Positions 17,696 to 25,873 of a DNA stretch of 25,873 nt are shown piece by piece. Both the position numbers and the translations under genes were made by a program. This stretch comes from Chloroflexota bacterium. GTDB lineage: Bacteria; Chloroflexota; Dehalococcoidia; Lucifugimonadales; JADFKI01. The stretch is taken from NCBI GenBank assembly GCA_024648655.1, contig JAGGDZ010000423.1, positions 1 to 25,873 on the forward strand. The letters are read 5' to 3'. The notes under the pieces were generated by a model that searched no databases, was not told the DNA's origin, and worked only from the letters and a program-made list of their open reading frames with translations. How positions within the stretch are numbered: the stretch's first letter is position 1; each line of letters begins with the position of its first letter.

Positions 17696-20600
17696 ATGAC
17701 CAAAGCATCTACCGAGACATTCCTGACTGCGGACTGCACCGCTGAAATCGAACGCATCCTTGAAGAGCGAGTTATGGTACTGGACGGCGCCTGGGGCGTG
17801 ATGCTTCAACGCATGCCGTTATCCGAGGAGGATTACAGAGGCAACCTCTTCGCCGACCATCAACACGACATCAAAGGCTGCATAGACGTACTTTGCCTTA
17901 CGAGGCCGGACATCGTACTAGACGTCCAGCGGCAGTACCTGGATGCCGGTGCAGACATCTTGACGACCAACACTTTCACGGCGACGCAGTTCGGATTGTC
18001 CGAGTTTGGCATTGAAAGCTACGCCTATGAAATAAATCGCGCAGCTGCGAAGTTGGCTAGAATAACCGCCGATGAATACACAGAGCGTCAGCCGGAAAAA
18101 CCAAGGTTCGTTGCAGGCAGCATAGGTCCGACCAATAAGACGCTGTCGCTTTCGCCTGACGTTAACGACCCTGGGTATCGGGACGTAAGTTTTGATGAGT
18201 TGGTTGATGCTTATTCGGATGCTGCGCGTGGTCTTCTTTCAGGAGGCGTTCACATCCTGCTTGTGGAAACAGTCTTCGACACTCTCAATGCGAAGGCGGC
18301 GCTCTATGCCATTGATGCCGTCTTCGAAGAGATTGGCACCCGAGTTCCGGTGATGGTCTCTTTCACTGCCGTTGATTTGAGTGGACGCAACCTTTCCGGA
18401 CAGACCGCAGAAGCATTCTGTGCCTCCGTGTCTCACATTCCTTTGTTAAGCGTCGGTATCAACTGCTCCCTGGGCAGCGACCAGATTAGACCCTTCCTCG
18501 CATCCATTGCCGGCACCGCAACTCAGTTCGTTTCTTGCCATCCTAACGCAGGCCTCCCGGACGAATTCGGAGAATACAACGAGTCCTCCGCGCACATGTC
18601 CGCAAACTTGCGAGAGTTCGCAAAGAGTGGGCTTGCGAATATAGTAGGAAGTTGCTGCGGTTCGACACCGGGGCATACGAAGGCGATAGCCGATGCCGTG
18701 GAAGGTATTATCCCGCGCCAGCGTCTAGCAGCAGGTGCAAACACCGTCCTCAGTGGGCTTGAGGCTCTCGAATTACGTCCGGATTCCAATTTCACAAACA
18801 TCGGCGAACGAGCCAACGTTACCGGCTCCGCGCGATTCAGGCGACTCATACGTCGTGGCAAATATGAAGAAGCCATATCCGTAGCTCGTGAGCAGGTAGA
18901 AAATGGCGCGCAGATTCTCGACATCAACATGGACGAAGGCCTCTTGGACTCCGAAGCCGCAATGGAGCGCTACCTCAAGTTGATTGCTGGCGAACCCGAT
19001 ATTTCGCGGCTGCCTATCATGATTGACAGTTCCAGATTCGGAGTCATTGAAGCTGGCTTGAAGTGCCTTCAGGGAAAAGGAATAGTCAACTCTATCTCGC
19101 TCAAGGAAGGCAAGGACGAGTTCGTCAGGCAGGCGCGCATCGTGAAACGATATGGCGCGGCAGTTGTCGTGATGGCATTCGATGAGGAAGGACAAGCGGA
19201 CACGCTGCAACGCAAAATCTCCATTTGCACACGCTCGTATAACATCCTCACGGAGGATGTTGGATTCCCTCCTCAAGACATTATTTTTGACCCCAATATC
19301 TTTGCCATTGCCACCGGAATTGAGGAACACAGCGACTACGCTGTGGCATTCATCGAAGCGACTAGAGAATTGAAGCGTCTGTTCCCGCTGTGTCATGTAA
19401 GCGGTGGCGTAAGCAATGTATCCTTCTCATTTAGGGGAAATGAACGAGTCAGAGAAGCGCTCCATTCGGTCTTCCTGTATCACGCAATTCAAGCAGGCAT
19501 GGACATGGGGATAGTGAATGCCGGTCAATTGGCAGTCTATGACGATGTAGATGATGACCTGCTCACAGCGTCGGAGGATGTAATACTCAACAGGAGGGCT
19601 GATGCTACGGACCGACTGCTAACGCTGGCTGAAAGCGTTGAAAAGGGCGGGCGCAGTAATGTTCAAGGAAACTCATCGGAGGATAGCGGAAAGTGGCGCA
19701 CCCTCTCCGTTGAGGAGCGAATCCGTCACGCTCTGGTCGCCGGAATCGACTCGCACATCGAGAGTGATGTCGAAGAAGCGCGCTTGAAGTCGGACCGTGC
19801 GCTCGAAGTCATCGAAGGGCCTCTGATGGAAGGAATGAACACGGTAGGCGACCTGTTCGGATCTGGACGGATGTTTTTGCCACAGGTGGTCAAGAGCGCT
19901 CGCGTTATGAAAAAGGCTGTAGCGGTACTTGTTCCACATATAGACGCAGAGAATGAGAACGGTGAACTCTTCCGGTCCAATGGCAAGATTGTCATCGCCA
20001 CCGTCAAGGGAGACGTTCACGACATCGGCAAGAACATCGTTGGTGTGGTTCTTGGCTGCAATAACTATGAAGTAATTGATTTGGGTGTAATGACACCCTT
20101 CCAGCAAATTCTTGATGTCGCAAAGGACGCGAACGCGGATGTCATCGGTTTGAGCGGACTGATAACACCGTCGTTGGATGAGATGATCACAGTCGCCAGC
20201 GAAATGTCCCGCCAGGGATTCGACATTCCCCTGCTCATAGGAGGGGCTGCTACTTCTCCGGCGCATACAGCCGTCAGAATCGCGCCCGAATATCAACATG
20301 GCGTCATACATGTAAGAGACGCATCGCGCTCGGTGACGACCATGAACGCCTTAGTTGGCGAAGACACAAGCCGAGAGTTCATAGCACAGACTAAAGAACG
20401 CTATGACAAGGTGCGTGCCGACCGAGCTTCACGCGATGCTCAGGCTCAACTGCTTTCATTGAGTGACGCGCGTTTGCGGCAACAGAATTTTGACTGGCAA
20501 TCCACAGTTGAGCCTCCTCCGACGTTCACTGGGCTAAAGGTGTTGGAAGACTACCCGCTAACCGAGCTAAGAGATTACATCAGCTGGACACCGTTCTTCG

Positions 20601-21439
20601 GCGCCTGGGAGCTACGCGGGGCGTATCCGGCAATTTTCCAAAGCCCAATCTATGGTGAACAAGCTAAAAGCCTCTTCAACGATGCTCAGTCTCTTTTGCA
20701 AGAAATGATTGATCGCAAAGTCCTGGAGGCGAGAGCAGTAATAGGCTTCTTTCCCGCAAATTCAGTTGGCGACGATGTTGAGCTATACGGAGACGATAGG
20801 CGAAACGAGACTGTAGCCACTTTCCATTTCTTGCGGCAGCAGTGGGACAAGTCGCGTCAGCGGGCCAATTTGCCGGTGGAAGACTATTGCCTTGCGGACT
20901 TTATCGCGCCAAAGGAGTCCGGCATTGCAGACTACATCGGCGCATTTGTAGTTACTGCGGGAATCGGTTCCGAAGAATATGCAGCTTCTTTAGAAGCCAA
21001 GAACGACGACTACAATGCCATAATGTCCAGGGCTATCGCCGACAGGTTGGCAGAGGCATTCAGCGAGCGACTGCACGAGCGCGTTCGGAAAGAGTTCTGG
21101 GGATACGCGCCGCACGAAAACTTCGACAGTTACAGTCTGTTGAAGGAAGAATATCGGGGTATTAGACCGGCCTTCGGATATCCGGCATGTCCGGACCACA
21201 CCGAGAACGAGACACTCTGGAAGCTTCTCGACGCCGAAAATCTCATTGGAACGCGGCTCACGGAGAATTACGCTATCTTGCCTACGGCGTCAACGGCAGG
21301 ATTATACTTTTCGCACCCGGGATCTCGCTATTTCGGAGTAGGACGCATTGGTCGCGACCAGATAGAGAACTATGCTCTCAGAAAGGGAATGTCAGTCTCA
21401 GAGATTTCACGCTGGCTGTCTCCTAACATTGTGAATTGA
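17696..21439 (+). CDS. metH: Cobalamin-dependent methionine synthase
   Basis: [37 protein letters not shown] (DxHxxG B12-binding motif), [14 protein letters not shown] 17696 preferred to TTG 17669. Confidence 0.97.
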   Translation: MTKASTETFLTADCTAEIERILEERVMVLDGAWGVMLQRMPLSEEDYRGNLFADHQHDIKGCIDVLCLTRPDIVLDVQRQYLDAGADILTTNTFTATQFGLSEFGIESYAYEINRAAAKLARITADEYTERQPEKPRFVAGSIGPTNKTLSLSPDVNDPGYRDVSFDELVDAYSDAARGLLSGGVHILLVETVFDTLNAKAALYAIDAVFEEIGTRVPVMVSFTAVDLSGRNLSGQTAEAFCASVSHIPLLSVGINCSLGSDQIRPFLASIAGTATQFVSCHPNAGLPDEFGEYNESSAHMSANLREFAKSGLANIVGSCCGSTPGHTKAIADAVEGIIPRQRLAAGANTVLSGLEALELRPDSNFTNIGERANVTGSARFRRLIRRGKYEEAISVAREQVENGAQILDINMDEGLLDSEAAMERYLKLIAGEPDISRLPIMIDSSRFGVIEAGLKCLQGKGIVNSISLKEGKDEFVRQARIVKRYGAAVVVMAFDEEGQADTLQRKISICTRSYNILTEDVGFPPQDIIFDPNIFAIATGIEEHSDYAVAFIEATRELKRLFPLCHVSGGVSNVSFSFRGNERVREALHSVFLYHAIQAGMDMGIVNAGQLAVYDDVDDDLLTASEDVILNRRADATDRLLTLAESVEKGGRSNVQGNSSEDSGKWRTLSVEERIRHALVAGIDSHIESDVEEARLKSDRALEVIEGPLMEGMNTVGDLFGSGRMFLPQVVKSARVMKKAVAVLVPHIDAENENGELFRSNGKIVIATVKGDVHDIGKNIVGVVLGCNNYEVIDLGVMTPFQQILDVAKDANADVIGLSGLITPSLDEMITVASEMSRQGFDIPLLIGGAATSPAHTAVRIAPEYQHGVIHVRDASRSVTTMNALVGEDTSREFIAQTKERYDKVRADRASRDAQAQLLSLSDARLRQQNFDWQSTVEPPPTFTGLKVLEDYPLTELRDYISWTPFFGAWELRGAYPAIFQSPIYGEQAKSLFNDAQSLLQEMIDRKVLEARAVIGFFPANSVGDDVELYGDDRRNETVATFHFLRQQWDKSRQRANLPVEDYCLADFIAPKESGIADYIGAFVVTAGIGSEEYAASLEAKNDDYNAIMSRAIADRLAEAFSERLHERVRKEFWGYAPHENFDSYSLLKEEYRGIRPAFGYPACPDHTENETLWKLLDAENLIGTRLTENYAILPTASTAGLYFSHPGSRYFGVGRIGRDQIENYALRKGMSVSEISRWLSPNIVN

Positions 21440-21491
21440 TATGCTCGAATTGCCGTAGCCCCCGAACAGTTTGGACGATTGCAGGCAGACT

Positions 21492-23801
21492 TCACATTGG
21501 AAGATTTGTCGCAATTCTCTGACTGCTACTTACAGAGGCTTCCACCGTGAGAGTGAATTTCATGCCGTCCGGGTCGCTGCACTCATTTTCGTCATCGCAC
21601 GCGATTACTGCTATGGTAGTTGTGCCAGACTCAGAGCCATGCAGCATCAGGACTCCGGTATTGGTAATGCTACTTCCGGCTGCCACCGCAGGATTACCAA
21701 TTATGTATTTGTAATCGACAATGGACTCGCCATCAGGGTCACTGAAAGCACTGGAAATGTCCATCGTAAACGATTCCCCTACTTTTAGGCTGCGACTAAA
21801 CACTCCTCCTACGACTTCAGGTCTTCGATTCACAAGTCTATCCGAGTCTGTAACCACCAAGACGAAGGATAAGTCCGAAAAGTTGCTGCAACCAAGGCGA
21901 CTGCAAGCCCTTGCCGAAACCCAGCTTTTGCCCACCGCAGATCCGCGAAGTGTTAAGACCCCACCCCTGGATATTTCGCTATCCACCGCCACTTCTCGGT
22001 CTTTAGCCAGAAAGTCGTACCGAATTATTCGGTACCGTGATGGAGAGTCGAAAGCATGAGCAATCGGCACTCTAATCGAGTCCCCCAGTTCAACCGTTTG
22101 ATCGGATACAAAGCCCACAACGCGCGGAAGATCCGGAATAGGTTCGGTAACCTCCAAATTAAAGGTCAGATCGGATACTTCACTCGTGGAGTTACCATCA
22201 CTGGCATTTACGGTAATTCTGGTAGTGCCAACAGCTACTCCCTTGATGTTCAGAATGCCCTTCTGGGAATCGATAGTGCCATCTGCGACACCATCTTCAG
22301 TCTGTGAGAAACGATACTCCTGGATTTGGTCGCCATCAGGATCGTCAAAATAGGACGATGTGTCCAGCTGAATTACCTCGCCTACTAAAACAGATTGAGC
22401 GCCAACACTTCCTGTCACTACCGGAGGGCTATTAGGCGGAGCAATAATTTCGAGGCCGAAGCGCAGTTCAGAGGTATCACTTCCACAGATTTCAAAATCG
22501 CAAGCACTCATTGAGACTGTAGTTGACCCAATTCGTAATCCTGTAAATCTCAGAATGCCTCTGGCGGCATTCACTGTCACTCTTGCCAGCCCATCATCCT
22601 GTAGTTTGACTTCATAGTTCACAATGGGGTCGCCTTCAAAATCCCTGAATGCGGAACGCACAGAGACGGATTGGGATTTTCCCACAGTTACTTGCAGATC
22701 TTCAATGTCATTTACTACCTGAGGAGGATGATTTGGGGGAGGCTGGACGGTCAGGCGGAAGGTCAGTTCTTCCGGTGCCGAACAGCCAGAGTGGTCGCAC
22801 GCTTTGAGAGCGACCGTAGATGAACCTATCTGCAATCCCGTAAGTGTAAGGCTTCCCTCTGACGGATCAGCCGTTCCATTTGCGACTGTAGTGTTGCTAA
22901 AAATGACCACGTACCGCTCCAATTGGTCGCCGTCCGCGTCAGAAAATACGGGAGCGATATTCAAGAAAATCGATTCGTCAACCGTTACTGTCTGATCTCC
23001 GATATTTCCGACAATCTGTGGGGAACGGTTCTGATGGCGAGTTGGCATTTCCCTTTTCAATACCGTTGAATCTGCTGATTCTGTGCCGTCGGAAATCGCC
23101 GAAATCGGTTCATGAACCGACGGCAACTCCGACGTAGGTGTTTCAACGGGAGGCTGACGCACAGGCACAACATCGGACACTTGTTCAAGAGACGACGTTT
23201 TCTCGGCAACCGAGGTGAGGGATACGGACACAGGCTCAAGGATGCCCGAATTTCCGGCGGGAGACGACAAAGGGGGACGTTCTTCCTGTATTACCACTGG
23301 TTCCGCGCTCACGGCAGAAGATGTTGAATTGTCAGCAAGCGGCATAAGGTCGGACACCCTAATGACATTCACTGAAGTCCCGGCAGATTCGATAACCCAG
23401 TCTCCATCGTCCTGTCTCCGGGCGGAAAAGTCATAGTTCTGACCATTGATATTGGCGTTCCGGGCACTGATGACAGCAGTTGCAGTGAAGAATAGAAAGT
23501 GCCCTTTGCCCTCGGCATCGACGCGGAACTCGTCGGATGTACCCGGATATGTACAGATGTCTCCTAGCGTCAAAGTCTGACCTATCCAGCAGTTAGCGTT
23601 GCTTTGTTCAGTCAAAATCACCGCAGACGCGTAAGAGCTGACTATCGTGGGCGAAATAGGAACGGCAGGTCCGCCATCTGCCGGCGGCGAATCCGTAAGC
23701 GTTGATGACTCAAGTGCAAATGATTCTTGCCAACAGGCAGCATTGACGTATATTGCAATGAACGCCAAGTATAAAATAGTAACGCGAATTAGCCCATCCA
23801 T
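21492..23801 (-). CDS. Surface or secreted protein with five cadherin-like/bacterial Ig-like repeats, possible lipoprotein
   Basis: Signal peptide ending in NAAC. Repeats of about 100 aa start at 23030, 22733, 22433, 22133 and 21830, with consensus N.PP.VV.....Q.V.VG......I...F.D.DGD....Y. Confidence 0.8.
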   Translation of the reverse strand: MDGLIRVTILYLAFIAIYVNAACWQESFALESSTLTDSPPADGGPAVPISPTIVSSYASAVILTEQSNANCWIGQTLTLGDICTYPGTSDEFRVDAEGKGHFLFFTATAVISARNANINGQNYDFSARRQDDGDWVIESAGTSVNVIRVSDLMPLADNSTSSAVSAEPVVIQEERPPLSSPAGNSGILEPVSVSLTSVAEKTSSLEQVSDVVPVRQPPVETPTSELPSVHEPISAISDGTESADSTVLKREMPTRHQNRSPQIVGNIGDQTVTVDESIFLNIAPVFSDADGDQLERYVVIFSNTTVANGTADPSEGSLTLTGLQIGSSTVALKACDHSGCSAPEELTFRLTVQPPPNHPPQVVNDIEDLQVTVGKSQSVSVRSAFRDFEGDPIVNYEVKLQDDGLARVTVNAARGILRFTGLRIGSTTVSMSACDFEICGSDTSELRFGLEIIAPPNSPPVVTGSVGAQSVLVGEVIQLDTSSYFDDPDGDQIQEYRFSQTEDGVADGTIDSQKGILNIKGVAVGTTRITVNASDGNSTSEVSDLTFNLEVTEPIPDLPRVVGFVSDQTVELGDSIRVPIAHAFDSPSRYRIIRYDFLAKDREVAVDSEISRGGVLTLRGSAVGKSWVSARACSRLGCSNFSDLSFVLVVTDSDRLVNRRPEVVGGVFSRSLKVGESFTMDISSAFSDPDGESIVDYKYIIGNPAVAAGSSITNTGVLMLHGSESGTTTIAVIACDDENECSDPDGMKFTLTVEASVSSSQRIATNLPM

Positions 23802-23847
23802 AGTTAAAAACACTTAATATCAGCAGCATTATTGGCTAAATGCAGAT

Positions 23848-23877
23848 ATTATAGACGCTTAACTTCGGAAAATTCAA
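23848..23877 (-). promoter_or_regulatory. Sigma70-type promoter for the repeat protein
   Basis: TTGAAT (23877-23872), 18 nt spacer, TATAAT (23853-23848). Confidence 0.55.
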
Positions 23878-23948
23878 TAAGGATGTGCAGAGAACGGAAG
23901 CATTGAATATTGGGCCAATTAGGTCTCCGTCCCGTCAGACAACGAGCA

Positions 23949-25049
23949 TCATAGCCGCGCAACAAACTCAGATAGCGATGCAGAGAACTCTTGGCGCTGC
24001 CAACGCCTCACGCTGGATTCGTGGAGTTCGGCTTGGATGCAGCAGGGGTCTGCAGAAATGCGCTCAAGGCTCTTTGCAGGCCATAATAGAGCGGGGTCGA
24101 GATTGACAGCTGATGCCAGATCAAAACGCCACTGCTTTAGCCTGCGCAACCTCTCGCGAACGGCTTTCTTTTCTCCTGCTCCGAGCCTAGGACGATCTTT
24201 TCTTTTATTACGCGGGCGTCTGAATGGCTTGGCGTTCAACCCTTCCCGTATTGCCTTACGCACACCGGAGGCACGCCTGCCGTAAGCATATCTTCCTATG
24301 CCCTTAACTTCTGAAAGGTCACGATCTTGATTGGCGGCGAGTGTCACCATCGTCGCATCGGAGAAAATCTTGAAGGGCGGCCTGTCGCGATTCCGGGCTT
24401 CACGCTCTCTGAAACCATGAAGTGAGCGTAGGATCGCCAGCCCCCTGCCGTCCAAGTCTTTGCTTCCCTTCACCGTTAGGAAGGCGGCATTGACATCCGG
24501 CGGAACATACTTCACATTCGCGAGGCGTTCGCACTCTTCCCTCACCCACTCAGTCCTGCCAAGCTCGTCAAGTCGTTCGCGTAGCATTGAGGCAATCCGA
24601 TGTAGATAGCGGACATCCGCAGCGGCGTACTCTTGCAGTTCAGCCGAGATGGGACGAATCGTCCAGTCGGCGCGCTGCAATCGCTTCGACTTGGGGATAT
24701 CAACACCAAGGCACTCCTTTAGTAGAGAAGCCAGCCCCAGACTTCTGTACCCAACGAATGCGGCTGCGATGCTCGTGTCAAAGAGCGGAGTGACTTGAAA
24801 ATGCCAGTCACGGTCCAGGCTTCTTATGTCATGAGAAGCAGCATGAAATATCTTCTCCACTGAGGAAGATGCCATTAGCTCGCCAAGTGGAGCAATGTTC
24901 TTAAGGGCAAGTGGGTCTATGAGGAATATATCGCCGCCCGTCGCAAGTTGCACAAGGCAAACCCGTTCAGGGTACCGATGGAAGCCGTTAGACTCAACAT
25001 CCAACGCGACATGAGACTCACTCAATGCGGACGCTACGACTGCCTCCAA
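23949..25049 (-). CDS. rnd: Ribonuclease D (DEDDy exonuclease plus HRDC domain)
   Basis: VALDVESNG, LVQLAT, KIFHAASHDIRSL, FDTSIAA, QRADW..RP, YAAADV, HRDC ARNRDRPPFKIFSD. The true start is probably upstream of 25049 (see findings). Confidence 0.9.
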   Translation of the reverse strand: MEAVVASALSESHVALDVESNGFHRYPERVCLVQLATGGDIFLIDPLALKNIAPLGELMASSSVEKIFHAASHDIRSLDRDWHFQVTPLFDTSIAAAFVGYRSLGLASLLKECLGVDIPKSKRLQRADWTIRPISAELQEYAAADVRYLHRIASMLRERLDELGRTEWVREECERLANVKYVPPDVNAAFLTVKGSKDLDGRGLAILRSLHGFREREARNRDRPPFKIFSDATMVTLAANQDRDLSEVKGIGRYAYGRRASGVRKAIREGLNAKPFRRPRNKRKDRPRLGAGEKKAVRERLRRLKQWRFDLASAVNLDPALLWPAKSLERISADPCCIQAELHESSVRRWQRQEFSASLSEFVARL

Positions 25050-25141
25050 TTGCGAGGCAGTTGTGACAATCTCGGCGTTGCGGATATTGTGCTGCTTTTG
25101 AATCTGGGCTTACATCCCTATAGGAAGGGGTTCGGATGTAC

Positions 25142-25216
25142 TGGCTCCGCAGGTAGGATTTGAACCTACGACCGATCGGTTAACAGCCGATTGCTCTACC
25201 ACTGAGCTACTGCGGA
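25142..25216 (-). tRNA. tRNA-Asn (GTT), CCA encoded
   Basis: TCCGCAG TA GCTC AGTGGTA GAGC A ATCGG CTGTTAA CCGAT CGGTC GTAGG TTCAAAT CCTAC CTGCGGA G CCA; a complete 75-nt cloverleaf. Confidence 0.98.
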
Positions 25217-25315
25217 GCGTTCCTGTGCGTACCGCAAGTATTCTTTGCGGCGAGGGTACACCAGTTCATATTAACATCAGCGCAACCCACTGGACAAGTA
25301 TTGCTGAGAGGTAAC

Positions 25316-25846
25316 CAGGGTCTTTCGGTTATTTTGTAGAAGTATTAGACTAGGTCTATGAACACGGAAGGATTGGGAAAGAGCCTGCTTGAAGCGTTTG
25401 AGCAAGTACCCGATCCCCGCTCGACGCACGGACGCCGCCATCCATTGAGCGCGATACTGGCGCTCAGCGTATGCGCGATGCTCAGCGGCGCCCGCAGTCT
25501 TTACGCCATAGCCCAATGGGGAAGGACGCAGCCTCCGGAGACGCTCAAAGAACTGGGTTTCAGCAGGGATAGGACGCCTGCGGTGTCCACGCTGCACAGC
25601 GTGTTTACAAGGATGGACGCCGATGCGTTCGAGTCTGTGCTGGGAGGTTGGATAGAGACCCGAATGGGAGCGGCGGAGGCAGCGATAGCGATAGATGGCA
25701 AGTCGTTGAGGGGGATACATGGGGAGGAGTTGCCAGGAGTTCGTCTTGTGGCGGCATACACTCACGAAGGAAGCCTGGTGTTGGGTCAAAAAGGGGGTTG
25801 CGGTAGCAATCAGGAAGGTAGGATGCGACCTAATGGCGCTCTCTAA
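25316..25846 (+). mobile_element. ISAs1-family insertion sequence: left end and truncated transposase
   Basis: ORF 25358-25846 has DPR...GRRHPL..IL.L...AML.G, R.P..ST...VF, IAIDGKSLRG and VAAY...LVLGQ. CAGGG at 25316-25320 matches the ISAs1-family terminus. Similarity ends at QKGG. Confidence 0.85.
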
Positions 25847-25873
25847 CTGCTTGGGCTAACTCCGTCTCAATAA

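Noticed and set aside
18239-21199. Minus-strand ORFs up to 212 aa inside metH
   Set aside because: Antisense shadows typical at this GC content.
1-25873. CRISPR array, rRNA, prophage or defence system
   Set aside because: No regularly spaced repeats, rRNA sequence, or phage or defence protein motifs were seen.

Overview
Mostly housekeeping and metabolic DNA, tentatively from a Chloroflexota (Dehalococcoidia/SAR202-like) genome; the taxonomy is an impression, not tested. Gene order: hydroxyacid-oxoacid transhydrogenase (runs off the left edge), a degraded small ORF, holA, a DUF1232/YkvA protein, ychF, hemW, yebC-ruvC-ruvA-methyltransferase, an HtrA lipoprotein, a TlpA-like redoxin, a DUF3179 lipoprotein, an eroded zwf remnant, gnd, pgi, an MFS transporter, a sulfurtransferase, metH, a five-repeat cadherin/Ig-like surface protein, RNase D, tRNA-Asn and a truncated ISAs1 transposase. 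The main result is that two ORFs split by the ORF track are very probably selenoproteins. In each, an in-frame TGA sits exactly at the catalytic Cys: W-U-G-T-C in the redoxin (TGA 10129-10131) and Y-U-Q-G-G-I-R in the sulfurtransferase (TGA 17444-17446). Both TGAs are followed by the same 9-mer, TGCGGCGCA, which can form a mini-hairpin and is read in different frames in the two genes. This is a candidate lineage-specific SECIS signature. The apparently empty gap after gnd holds a heavily decayed glucose-6-phosphate dehydrogenase gene.
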